NCBI GenBank assembly: GCA_028534125.1
Contig: CM052818.1
Location: 41,294,001 to 41,358,000 of the forward strand
Reading direction: 5' to 3'
Length of the DNA: 64,000 nt
Source of the DNA: Lama glama
Taxonomy: Eukaryota
How positions within the stretch are numbered: the stretch's first letter is position 1; the number at the start of each line of letters is the position of its first letter. The position numbers and the translations under genes were made by a program. The notes beneath the pieces were generated by a model. It was not told the DNA's origin. It did no database searches and saw only the letters and a list, made by a program, of their open reading frames with translations. Of this stretch, positions 13,275-25,460 are shown piece by piece.

Positions 13275-13510
13275 ACAGCACAGGGTAGAGGGTAGAAGTC
13301 GGCCTTCTGGAGCTGGACTAGGGATTCAAATCCCTGCTCCACCCCTCCCAGCTGTATGACCTCCGACAAGTCAACTGTGTGTGTGAGCTGCCAATTCTTT
13401 ATCTATAAGAGTAAGGGCAACCTACCTCTAAGTGTTGCTATGAGAATTAAATAAAGCGACTTTTGATAATATTGAAGACTGCTTAATTAAAGTCAGCAAT
13501 TATTATTATG
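13275..13510 (+). mobile_element. MIR SINE, near full length
   Basis: 'ggattcaaatccctgctccacc...agctgtatgacct', 'tgttgctatgagaattaaataa'. Confidence 0.8.
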
Positions 13511-14059
13511 ACAAACTATCATTTAAATAAAAGTTTTATGATCAGAAAAATGCATTTTTAAAAGGAATTATTAAATTCCAGTTAGGTATAAACACTGCAA
13601 TTGGGACCGCCAAAATCCTTGAACATTCAGAGGTAGATTGTGAAGCTTAAATGCATTCCTTTTAAATGAAAATTTTTGTTCCCTCATTTATATAATGAAG
13701 TATTCTATTTCTGAGAAAGATTGATATGACATACACCAAATTTAATGAATAATTTTTAATATAATTGAGTCTGCGCTTTAGTCAAATGAATGTTAATCCA
13801 TCATTTCAGAGTAAACATTGTAAATCTAAAAAGTGCATGGGTAGTTTTATTGATGCCATGAAACTTGGAGAAATGAGAAACGATAAAATTCTTAAGTTAA
13901 TGTCAGTCAATTTTCTCCAGTACTTTGAATTAGAAGATGTGGAATGTTTTCTTATGTGATAGATCATCTAAAGACAGAAAACAACAGATGTTGTAGAACC
14001 AAACCTAGTACAGCCTGGCCTCCATCTTCTAGTTTACAGAGATGAGCGAAGCCATGTTA

Positions 14060-14450
14060 CTTAACTAAGAGTTCAGAAAGGGTGAGAAAGAGACACGGGG
14101 CAATAAGTAATTAAAATAGGGTGATGAGAGTACATAATGGAGGCAGGTGCCGTGACAGAGGTGGTCCAGAGCAATGGAAATCAACTCCATTTCAGGCATA
14201 CAAGGAAAGTTTCAATGGAGAAGTAACTTTAGGAGTGTGTCTCCAAGGGTGAGTGAACGTTTTCCAGGGGAACAATAGGGAAAAGGAACAGAAAACAGAG
14301 GGCAGTTCTGTTTGGAGGGTAGTAAGCAATCAAAGTAGGGTGTGGTGCAGAGCAGTGGGGGTAAAGGGATAGCATGAGGACCAAACAGTGATGGGCCTTT
14401 TAGATAAAGTATAAGAAGAGTGCTGTACGACTTGGGTGCAACACTAAATG
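14060..14450 (-). mobile_element. L2 fragment
   Basis: GA-rich reverse L2 motifs 'ggaaagtttcaatggagaagtaactttagg...aagggtgagtgaacgtttccag'. Confidence 0.65.
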
Positions 14451-15522
14451 GAGAAGCCTGCAGGTGTGTGGTTCACCAGCTCTTCTGCCATCCAGGAGTC
14501 CTTGCTGTGGTTACTTCAGGGAAGTGCTATTGGTACAGAGAAAATCTTAAATGTCAAATAGCTGGTAGAGCTTCTTTTGTAGTCCCAGATATTCCCAGAT
14601 GCGTGGGTTCTTGTGTATCTGCTTGGGACAGCACACTGTAAATGGTGCATAACTCCAACCAGGAGTCTGGGGTCAGGGCAACAGTGACCACCCGGTGGAG
14701 GAGGTTCCTGGATCCCTCAGTCTTGTTTGCTAGGTCTCACAGATACAAAACTTCTTAAGAATGTTCTAGACTTCATCTATGCCGCAGTGGGCTGTAGTCT
14801 GAGTTGTAGATGGGATAAAGGGGTCATTGTGGCCCCTGAGTCTGACTGTCTCTGCTGATTTTCAGAAAACAGCTGCTGCGGAGTGTCACCTGGACGGTAT
14901 TCACCATCTCCTCTGAAAGGCAGCATTGCACAAATCCAGAAGGAGGTGGCTCTGAACACAGCTCCCTTTATATCAGAAAGTTTAACCATCCAGAATGGTT
15001 GAACACTCCATTTATTTCTTCCTCTAGGGTATTTGGACCATCCCTGATGTGCAAGGCCCTGTAGGCAAAGTCAAAACCTGACCCCATCCCACATTCCTGG
15101 AGCTACCATGTAACTGGGGAGGAAGCTTCACACTTAGGCAGTTCAGCAACATCTGGAGATGACCCCTTTGCTGAGTGTCCAAAGACGGGCAGAGACTGTC
15201 TAGGCTGGTGGAACTCAGAGGGGAGACGGGAAGCGCTCTGAGCTGTGATGTGGTCAGGGTCTGTTTCTTGGAGGAGGTAGCCACAGTCTAGACTTTGAAG
15301 CTCAGATAGTGATTGAGAGGACTGATAAGAGAGAATATTCATGTAAAAGAAAGGACATGAGTGGAGGCCCAGGGGCACTGGCAGAGCCTCTGAACACCCA
15401 CCCGCATCTCTCAGAATCAGTTACGCCCTCCTGCTCGCCGCCCACTTCACCCTGCTCCTCTGGCTCAAATATCCTAGACTTCTTTGCCTTCTGCTTGGCT
15501 GCTTGCCTCAGTATTTATATTC

Positions 15523-15746
15523 TGGCTATTCTCGATTTGGGGCAATTTCACCCCTAATCCCTTCTCTCCCATCAGTGGACATTTTTGATTGTCACAACTA
15601 GAGGGGAAGTACTACTGGCATTTAGAGGGTTTTGGTCATCCCGCAGTGCACAGAACTGCAAATATACATTTGTATACATATACTGCAAAACATGCAAAGA
15701 ATTATCCAGTACAACATGTCAACAGTATCAAGGTTGAGAAAGTCTG
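15523..15746 (+). mobile_element. MER20 (hAT-Charlie MITE)
   Basis: 'gacatttttgattgtcacaactagaggggaagtactactggcatttag', 'aaagaattatccagtacaacatgtcaacagtatcaaggttgagaaa'. Confidence 0.85.
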
Positions 15747-16121
15747 GATTATTCTCTTTAACCCTGTCCTCCCACTCTCACTGAAAAAGATGATTTTTCT
15801 TTCTTCAAGCTCTGAAGTCACCTTCAGACATAACCGTGACATTTATTCTGGGATCTAAGCAGTAAGGCCCTAGCTCTGAGGACCCCACATAGAGACCAGC
15901 CCCCTGCCCACCGGTCCAACCTGGGTGAGGGCAGCCAGTCAGCAGAGTCACATGCCACGAAGGGTCAAGGACGAGGAGGAAAGGGGCCATGCCAGTTTGC
16001 TTGAAGATCAGAGACTTATTACAGTTCTTTGAAGAAGCATTTCTGTCGAGCAGCAGAGATGGAAACACTTTTCAAGAGATTCAGGGGAAAAAGAGCTATT
16101 AAGATATAAAGACAGGAAGGT

Positions 16122-16549
16122 TGCATTATTAATTTTCTAGGGCTGCTGTAGTGAAGTGCCACAAACTGCGTGACTTAAACAACAGAAACTTACAGTCTCA
16201 CAGTTCTGGAGGCCAGAGTCTGAGATCCAGGCGTTGGCCAGGTTGTTCCTTCTGAGGCCTGTAAGGAAGAGTCTGGTCCCTGCCTCTCTCCGAGCTTCTG
16301 GTGGTTGGCTGAGGCACAGAAGGCCATCTCACTCTCTACCTTCACCCTAACACGATGTTCAGTGTATATGTCCAAACTTCCCCTATTTATAAGGACACTG
16401 GTAATACTGAATGGGGGCCACACTGATGACCTCATCTTAGCTAATTACACCTGCCACAATCCTATTTCCAAATAAAGTCACATCTTAAGGTACGAGGGCT
16501 TGGGGCTGCAGTATGTGAATTTGGCAGGCACATAATTCAACCCATTACA
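16122..16549 (-). mobile_element. MaLR solo LTR (MLT1C-like)
   Basis: 'cttaaacaacagaaacttacagtctcacagttctggaggccag', 'cctatttccaaataaagtcacat', terminal 'ataattcaacccattaca'. Confidence 0.9.
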
Positions 16550-18309
16550 ATGTGTTAATCAGCTTCCTTACCTGCAAATGTCCGTGTAATTTTCTCTGTA
16601 CTTTAGAACTACCATGGTGTCCACGTTATCTGCCTCCACCCAGGAATTTGTTTAGTGAGATAATTCTTCTATGGAGCTGCGAGCTTCCTGAAAGGAGAAG
16701 CTGGGCAAAGAACCACGCGGAGAGGTTTTATGAAATCGAGCTTATTCTTACAAATGTACTTACAAATATGTAAGTGCTTTGAAATTTTAAATTGTTGCAG
16801 TAGTAAGTGATATTTTTGAATTCTAAAATTTTTATAGACATATATAAAAAATCAATCAAGTCACTGTGTTGGCAGGTCTTGCCAAGGATCTTACAGCTCT
16901 TTCTTTGGGGAGAACAAAACTGATTCTTGAATTTGAGGTAACTGAATTACCCATGTGGCCTGCATTTCACTTCTTCCTCTTTTATTTTATTTTACTCTAT
17001 TATATTCCATATGATGTTTATCTACTGACAGAGTAGCAATCAGGGGAAAGAAAATCTTTTTATGCAGATGAAATTCTGTGACTGATGGAGCTGCTGGAGT
17101 GAGAGAAAGGAAATGTAGATGTACCCATAAACACCAAGTATCTTTTGAAATAATTTATCTAAACATTATAAGATCTTCCTGACAGTTTTTAGAGATATAA
17201 CTTCATAAAATTCATTTGTTTCTTGATATTTCTCTGAGATACTTTAATCTGTGAATTCATTTTATTTCAGCTCCCTGCCTCTGGTCTGGCTCACACAAGC
17301 TGCCTCGCAGCCACCAGAACCCGCAGACTCCCAGGCCCAGCCCTGTTTTCAGTTGCTGTATTCAGCCTGTACTATGTGTGTACAGGACACTTAATAAGTT
17401 GTCCTAATTAAAAAAAAAGACCATTAATAATCATTTGATGAATGACTGAGAGGTCTGGCAGAGTTAGTGAGCAAAGCTCTTGTCTTTAAGCGAAGACCTA
17501 GCTTTACATGAGAGAAAAACAGTCCTGCTAGGAGGTAATGTTCATGCTATTGTGGTTAGACAACTTTGGCATTGAGAACCATGGCCAAGTCTATTGGAAA
17601 CTGTTTAATTGATTCCCCCATCTGCTGTTCTTTTAAGTTTCCTATGTGAAGAGATCAGAAATAGAATTCTCTGGGCATCATAGCCGGCTCCTAAAGAAAG
17701 ATTCCTTTCTGCAGGAAACCAATTTAGCCACTAGCCTCTTCTATCCTATTCTCCTCTGGCTTTTAAGCTCTCTAATCACAGTCTGTTTTCCAGCTAATTA
17801 GTGTTGGGACAACTCAGCCCTGAACCTCAACTTGAAAATGTTAGTGTCATGGGGAGAGAACACTTAATCAAATGTGACTATTCAACAAGGAGATTTTCTC
17901 TGATTAAGACTGCCACCCTTTCTAAGGCACTTGGTCTTCCTTCTTAAAACCTTTGCTTGAGCAGGCTCTGGTCTGTCAGGGTAGCCACGGGCACAGATGG
18001 CTTACTGAAGGAAACAGAGAGGCATAGCAATACCATGAAGAGAACTGGGTTTCATTGAAATCAAGGGTATTTTTAAGCAGTTTCCTACTGGCTATTAACT
18101 TTAAAAAGTCAGTCTCTTACCACAGGAATGTTAAATAACATATTCATCTATATAGAATATTATGGCAGGCTTAATTGTGTTGAGATATTTATTTTTATGT
18201 TTCCTTGATTTTGACTATTTCCTGTCAGAAGAAACATGGTTTTGACACATGGTGTTGACAGTGAGCAAGCTTTTAACCTGGTCTTCCCTAGACATTACAT
18301 GGGAGGCAA

Positions 18310-18530
18310 TTCAGGAGCAGTGGACCAGGTTCTAGATTTCTGAGACAGGTTGATCTTGGCTAGAATTGAATTCTGCACTCACGGTGAGACTTCAAGTAAG
18401 GTGCTGAGCCCATCCTTTTATTGTGAAGGCTAGCAGACACCTAGTAAAGTTCTTATGATGAGAATATGAAACAAGGTACCTAAAATAATTCTTGAAACAT
18501 CTGTTAAGATAGCAAGCATACTTGATAACA
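18310..18530 (+). mobile_element. MIR, highly diverged
   Basis: MIR layout: head, 'gtgagacttcaagtaag', 'gttcttatgatgagaatatgaaa'. Confidence 0.5.
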
Positions 18531-19149
18531 GCTAAATTTTAGTTTAAGTAGAAACCAAAGATGTTTGTTTCTGACCTCCTGTAATCTCCCCTAGATATTT
18601 CCTTTCTCACATGATTCTTTTTTACTAGGTTTCATAAACCAGAGAAAATGACAAGTTATCCTAAAGGAAAATAAGTTTGTACTATAATGACCATTCATTA
18701 CCAGCTTCTGGGAGGCTTCCAGTAACCCTCAGAGTGGTACCTTGACTCACAGCTCACATGATGTCATGTTCCTCTTCCCAGGGGGCTCTGCAGGGACCTC
18801 AAGCAGGGGACGGGGTGCCCTCCAGAGTTCAGATTCTGACAAGTGCCTGTCAAAACAAGGTGCTTTTTTTCTGCTAGGCATTGTCATATGAATTTATTTC
18901 CATTCATATGTGATAATGAAGTCTAGAATTGGCTCCTCTAAAGCAAGTTCAAGCACATTACCTGCATTTGGTAAAATATTGATTATCTCTTCTCCTGCAT
19001 GACAGCACTCCCAGTCCAGCAGAGTGGGATGGAGGCAATGGAGAAGAAATATATCTTTCCCCATGAATCCATATGCTGAGGGCATTCAAATTAAAGGGCT
19101 GTTTCTAAATCATCTAAGGTTATCATGGAGAGATTGAGAAATAGAAGTA

Positions 19150-19400
19150 GCAAGATATGGTGATAAGATTAGGGGTTTTGGAACCAGGCAAATATAATTT
19201 GGATTCCTGTTCTCTTCCTCACTAGCTCAGTGACCTTAGACCATGAACTGACTTACAGTTCAAGTTTTATCATAAGCAAAATAGGGACAGCAACCCTGAT
19301 TCACAGACTGATGGGAGAAAAAGAGAGAATGTGCCTACGTGTGCAGCAAAGAGCCTCGCCCATTGTGGGTGTTTAATGAACAGAAGCTGTTATCACGGTG
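19150..19400 (+). mobile_element. MIR SINE
   Basis: 'ctcactagctcagtgaccttag', 'cagttcaagttttatcataagcaaaataggga'. Confidence 0.75.
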
Positions 19401-19454
19401 ATGTTACTGATTTGACAAGAGAAGGGCTCTGTCACCCTAGACATCATGCCTACT

Positions 19455-19538
19455 CTTACAACAGAATCTCAGTGCACATTTTGGATTCTAACAAGCCCCC
19501 AGGAAATTTATATGCACGTTGAAGTTTGAGATGCGCTG
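19455..19538. mobile_element. MER5-type hAT-Charlie MITE fragment
   Basis: 'ttctaacaagcccccaggaaatttatatgcacgttgaagtttgagatgcgctg' matches the MER5A end. Confidence 0.7.
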
Positions 19539-21669
19539 ATGGTACTTACATGGCTGGGTTGTTGTCAGGATTAAGTGAAGTGGTAGATGTGAAGCAGTTA
19601 GAACCTGACATAAACACTAAGTGCTGAATAAATATTAGCTATTATTTGTTTTATTTTACATCGAGATATACCTCAAGTGATGACTTTCCTCTCGAATTTC
19701 CTGTAATCTTTTCATTACTTAATTATTCCATATTATTTAGTTAGTTCATTATTCCATCTTTTGTTTGTGCTCCACAAAAATCTTTGTGGGTACTTTTGAT
19801 AGTCTATTTTCTTAGACCCTTCTCTGTCAAACTCAGAGATCTTTAAGAACATAATGGTGTCTTTTATCTTCCTGTTCTCTGGGCCCAGGACAATGCCAGA
19901 AGAGGCCTCCAATAAACATGAGCTGAAGAAATGATACACACAAATGCATACACCTAACAACAATAGCCAACAACAAACAGTAACAGTTCCAAGTGCGTGA
20001 TATAAAGAAGACTTACCAGAAAGACTCAAAGAAAGCTAAGGTGCTTTGAGAAACGTCCTTAGTAAGGATGAGATTTAAGCTGGTCTTTGAACAGCATCGA
20101 TGCTCAAGAGTTTAAGAGAAAGAAACGGTGTAAATTCTAGGTGCAGGTAATGATGTGAGTGCAACTGAAAAATGGGTTGCAAATAAAGGTTCACAGGAGC
20201 AAGAATTGATTTGTGTTTCTGGAGCAGAGGGTTCTTTGCAGAGCTATAATGAAAACGTAAGTTGTGAATTCACATACTGAAGATCCTCAACTAAGAAGTT
20301 TGAAAACAGAGGACCTTTGAAAGTTGTTGAGTTGAAAAGCAACATGCTTAACATGTCTTTTAAAAGGAGAAATGATAAACTTATTAACTGCATCTGCTTC
20401 TGAAGTATCTCTAGAGAGAGAGGGAGTGATTTATGTGCACCCAACCTCACGTGGCTATTCTGTAAGGGGGTAGGTGAGGGGGGAGGGGGGCAGCAGGGAT
20501 AAAGCTGTACATAATAGCAAAGCAAAGACCCATTTCACTTCTGATAAGCTGTCATTTGCTTCTTGCCAAACCCTGAAAAGGAACAAACAGCTATCATGTC
20601 CATGTGGTCACTTATGAATTGTTTCGAAGTGCTGAATTCTTTTAATTTTTTTACTTGTCACAGGTGTGCTTGTTGCTTTCTGACTTGTTAATACTCTGAA
20701 AGCCTATAATTTCATCTACAAAATTACAGTGAAGTATGACCAAGCAATCCACAGACTGTTTTAGGTCCTGAATTTGAGTTGCTGCTAACTAGTGGATGAG
20801 TAGTGGAAAAATGTATTCGGCTGACGTGGGTGATGTGTGGCCAGCTGGTCTTACTCACTGGCTTGCTCAGTGACCCTCTCGCAGGTTTATTTCAGCTTGA
20901 TGCTTCGGTAGATTTTCCAGTGTCTCCAGGCCATTGGTCGGAAGAGCAGTCTACAGAGCATGCTGCTGAGTTTGTAAATATGCTAAGGGTATTTTACGTG
21001 GGTTCTTCAGGATGAAGTGATGGTTTGACCGTGCTTCCATTGGAGCTGAATTTACTGAGAAAGAACTTATAAGGGCAGCTGATTTGTCCTTAGCGGTCTG
21101 CATTTCTTTTGTGCTGTAGATAAACAGGAAGAGTCAAAGAGGATCAGAAAGAAATCAAATCTCTTTTGATTCATTTAACTGAACTACTTATGTCTTTATC
21201 CTGTTGACTGACTGACTCTTTTCTGGATTATACTCCTATTAAGCAGGTATATGACCTTTTTTTCTCTCTTATTGCCCATAAGATGTGCAGGCCAGACCTG
21301 AATACACAGATGAAGTTCAATAAAAATGTACTAAATAGATGAAGTTCAGAAACGTTTAGTAGGCATCCATTTGCTGGTTTACGGATAGTGCTCCAGTGTT
21401 TTATGGAAGCAAATGAAGCAGTTGAGTAGCCAGTATTACATCCTGGGCTTCGGGTCCTTGAGGCCGTAAATTTCCCTCCCAGAGACCATGCTCCCTATGC
21501 CCATGGAGAGGCAAGTCCATAATTACAAGATTCTTGGGAGGCAGCAGAGTGGCTGATTCATAGTGATGTGTAAAAAAGCCTTGCTAGAGACTGAGAGAAG
21601 GACCCTGGGGTAAAGAATGATAACACACATTATTTTTATTTATAATGCAATTTAATACCTTATAAATAA

Positions 21670-21850
21670 GAGCTAATATCTATTGTGTACACATTACACC
21701 CCAGCCAATGCATGATAGTCCACAGGCATCATTTCACATATTATTTGCAGAACCTTTGGTAAGTAGGTATTAATATCCTTCTCATTTTAGCATTAGGAAG
21801 ACACTAAAATCTGGAGAGATTATGTAACTCATCTGTATTCAAAGAGCTTA
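21670..21850 (-). mobile_element. MIR
   Basis: 'gtaggtattaatatccttctcattttagcattaggaagacactaaaatctggagagattatgtaact'. Confidence 0.7.
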
Positions 21851-22303
21851 CTAAAGTTAATTTTTGTTTTAATTTCTATGATTTCTAATGTATTTGCACA
21901 GGTGTTCCCATGTATTTATTGAACATTTTTTTTTCCTGATGAGTAATTTCTAGGATGCTTCCAGATCTGATATTTTATAATTAATGAAACATTTGCCATA
22001 GGCTTTTTTGGATATTGATTTTTGAAAATGATAGTTCATTTAATGGCAAGTCAAAATTTAATTGCAAAGTCAAAGTTGTTTTATACACTAGAGTTAAAGG
22101 CCAAAGAAATAAGCTTTTGTTGGAGGCAGATCACATATGTACTTGACTTTTTGATGAAGATACATAAATGGTTCCAGGGAGAAGGGCTGATTGGGAAAAG
22201 AAGTAGGAATTTGTGTCAGTAGAGAGAACTGAGGGTTTTAAAACAAGAAAGCAACACTCACTCCATTGTCCTATCCTTTCAGTCCACACTCACGGATAGT
22301 CGA

Positions 22304-22803
22304 NNNNNNNNNNNNNNNNNNNNNNNNNNNNNNNNNNNNNNNNNNNNNNNNNNNNNNNNNNNNNNNNNNNNNNNNNNNNNNNNNNNNNNNNNNNNNNNNN
22401 NNNNNNNNNNNNNNNNNNNNNNNNNNNNNNNNNNNNNNNNNNNNNNNNNNNNNNNNNNNNNNNNNNNNNNNNNNNNNNNNNNNNNNNNNNNNNNNNNNNN
22501 NNNNNNNNNNNNNNNNNNNNNNNNNNNNNNNNNNNNNNNNNNNNNNNNNNNNNNNNNNNNNNNNNNNNNNNNNNNNNNNNNNNNNNNNNNNNNNNNNNNN
22601 NNNNNNNNNNNNNNNNNNNNNNNNNNNNNNNNNNNNNNNNNNNNNNNNNNNNNNNNNNNNNNNNNNNNNNNNNNNNNNNNNNNNNNNNNNNNNNNNNNNN
22701 NNNNNNNNNNNNNNNNNNNNNNNNNNNNNNNNNNNNNNNNNNNNNNNNNNNNNNNNNNNNNNNNNNNNNNNNNNNNNNNNNNNNNNNNNNNNNNNNNNNN
22801 NNN
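22304..22803. other. Assembly gap (500 N)
   Basis: Exactly 500 N; a round size indicates a scaffolding spacer of unknown true length. Confidence 0.99.
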
Positions 22804-23376
22804 GTGCCAAGAATACACAATTGGGAAAGACCATCTCCTAAATAAATGATGTTGGAAAAACTGAATGTACACATGTAAAAGAATAAAATTGAACTCTTAT
22901 TTTACACCATACACAAAAAAGAAATCAAAATAGATTATAGACTTTAATCTAAGACCAAAAACTATAAAACTACTAGAAGAAAACATAGGGGAAAACTTCA
23001 TGACATTTGTCTTGACAATAATTTCATAGTTATAACACCAAAAATATGGGTCACAAAACCAAATATAAACAAGTGGACTAGATCAAACCGTAAAGCTTCC
23101 ACACAACAGAGAAAAAAATAACAGAGTGAAAAATCAACTTACAGAATGAGATAAGATATTTGCAAACTGTGTATCTACAAAATATGTAAGAAACCCCTGC
23201 AACTAAAGAGTGAAAGAACCAATAACCTAACTGAAAAATGGGCAAAGGAATAGGATAGACATTTCTCCAAAGAAACATACAAATGATCAACAAATACATG
23301 AAAAAACGCTCAACGTCACTAATCATTAGGGAAATGTAAATCAAAACTATAATGAGATATCATCTCACACCAGTCA
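22804..23376 (+). mobile_element. L1 ORF2 C-terminal fragment (L1MA/L1MB-like) abutting the gap, without 3' UTR
   Basis: 'aaaactactagaagaaaacatagggg', 'agacatttctccaaagaa', ends at 'aatgagatatcatctcacaccagtca' (MRYHLTPV). Confidence 0.9.
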
Positions 23377-23784
23377 TATTAATAGAGTTTTTTTTTGTAT
23401 TTAGAACAAATTGCCTATTTGTTTGCTATTTTCCATTCCTCAGAGGAAAATTTAACAAGGCTGGATCACATTTAAGTGGGGCACTCAGTTCGTGTATAGA
23501 CATTTACTAGAGGAGTCTAATTTTTGTCAGGCTCAGTGCTAGGTGGAAGGGAGTCTGTAACAGAGATTCTCAGTTCAGACTTCTCTCTGGTGCTGCAGAC
23601 TTGGAAACTCACTTCCTCCTGTGCACCTATACCAAGATATCCCATAGGAATTTCAAACTAAATATGTCTAAAATCAAATCCTTCATCTTATTCTTCCTCT
23701 CTAGTGTTCTTAGCTTCCCAACCAAGTAGCAGATGTCTTTTCTTTCACACATCCTTTTACTTTGGCAATACTCATCAATGTGTG

Positions 23785-25090
23785 CATTAATTGTATAGAT
23801 TAATATTAGAAGTATTGATATTATTATGGTTTTAAATATTCCCATCCAGTAATAGCATATGCTGCTTCATTTGTTTCAATCTTATTTTATGTCCTTTTAT
23901 ATGAATTATAATTTTCTTCTTATAAGTCCTGTACATTTTGTTAAAATTTGACCTAGGTGGATTTTATAAATTTTCTGCTAATATAAAGAGACTTTTTCTT
24001 TTTTAATTTCTATTTGGTTATTCTTAAAAATGAAAACTACTGAATTTTGATGTTCATGTCTTAACCTAAATGGCATCTTCTTTCGGAGCCTTCCGTGATC
24101 ACTCTACTTAAGGGACCACTTCCTATCTGGTCTGTTTCTATACATATATGCCCATTTTACACCCCTGCTTTATTTTCAACACAGTGTTCACTATCTGAAA
24201 TTGTATTAATTAAAAAATGTTTATATCGATTTCTCTTCCATCAGAATATAATCTCCATGGAAACTCCTACTCATCTCTTTATGTCTATCACCCAAAATAA
24301 TGCCTGGCATAAAATAACTTCAAAAATATTTACTGAATGACAAATGAATAGATGCAATTTTATCATACATAACATTGTTCTTATGTAATTCTATTAACAT
24401 TCTAATAAGATGTTTTGTTCTTTTATTTTGACTATAATTTTTTGTTTTGTTCTAGTTGTATAACCATAGCATCTGAAAATATATTTTGCCTTTCATTTTA
24501 TTTTATACTGATTATTTAGTTTAGTTTTCCTCCCAGACTCTATTAGCTAGAAACAGCAAAAACTATGGACTATGAGTGGTGATACAGGAGATTCACATCT
24601 TATTTCTGATTTTAATGGAAGTGGCTTTATTATTTCACTATTTGTGCCAATATTCATTGCTAATATCTGCAGATTGTTGGCCTGTGAGCTAACTTTCTTA
24701 ATATTTTTATTAGAAAAGTTTGCTAGATTATTTCAAGTAACTTTTCAGTATCTATTGATATAATTTTATGGTTATTCTTTTCATGTAAGGTATTATGTTT
24801 ATAGATTTTTCTGATAGACTCTAATCGAGTTACAGGAATAAATCCTCATAGTTGATATGTTATGCTTTATTATGCTGTCAGATTTCACTTGATAATATTT
24901 TTTAGAGTTGTCACACCTATATTAAGTAAGTTAAACTGAACGACAGTTATTGTTCTTTGTGCTATCTCTGTTAGGTTTTGATTATAAAGTTATACTATCA
25001 TCACAAAATGAATTGGGAAGTTTTTCATCATTTTTTTTCTGTGGCCTGGAATAGAATAACATTGAAATTATTTGTTCTTTAAGATTTAAA
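23785..25090 (-). mobile_element. Old L1 (L1ME-type) ORF2 fragment, split by an L2 tail at about 24070-24352
   Basis: T-rich reverse L1 motifs 'attcccatccagtaatagcatatg', 'gagtggtgatacaggagattcacatcttatttctgattttaatggaa', 'cacaaaatgaattgggaag'. Confidence 0.75.
24070..24352 (+). mobile_element. L2 3' end nested in L1
   Basis: 'aataatgcctggcataaaataacttcaaaaatatttactgaatgacaaatgaat'. Confidence 0.75.
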
Positions 25091-25139
25091 GAGACGTCAG
25101 TTTACAGTTTTATGTAATCTCTGTGTTACTGTCAAAGGA

Positions 25140-25460
25140 TATACTGTGGAGTTTTTACAAATCTTAGATGCCATTGATAGTAAGAAGCTCCATTATTTCA
25201 TGTACTACTAAGAAAAGAAAAAAAGGTCAAATTGTGTTAAGCTTTATTACCATACATAGTTTTTATTTTACAGTTATTTAAGTAACTTTTTAGCGTTATA
25301 GGGAGAATTTTTATCATATATGAAATTTGTGCATAAATGAAAAGAAACTGAAGATAATTTGGTAAAAATTTATTCTAAATACCTTTCACATCCAGAGTTG
25401 ACTCTTCTGAATCTTTTTTTTAACTTAGTGTCATTAATTTCTGTGTTGACTTACTAGCAA
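25140..25460 (-). mobile_element. TcMar-Tc2 (Kanga/MER104-related) DNA transposon end
   Basis: 'aatcttagatgccattgatagtaagaagctccattatttcatgtactactaagaaaagaaaaaaa' resembles the MER104/Kanga terminus; the reverse strand reads an acidic DSEESTLDV transposase-tail-like stretch. Confidence 0.65.

Noticed and set aside
20803..21015. Exon-like segment with splice-like motifs on both strands
   Set aside because: Plus-strand peptide is unrecognisable and its donor is weak; the minus-strand candidate has stops in all three frames
22266..22874. Four 187-197 aa ORFs
   Set aside because: Artefacts of translating through the 500-N gap
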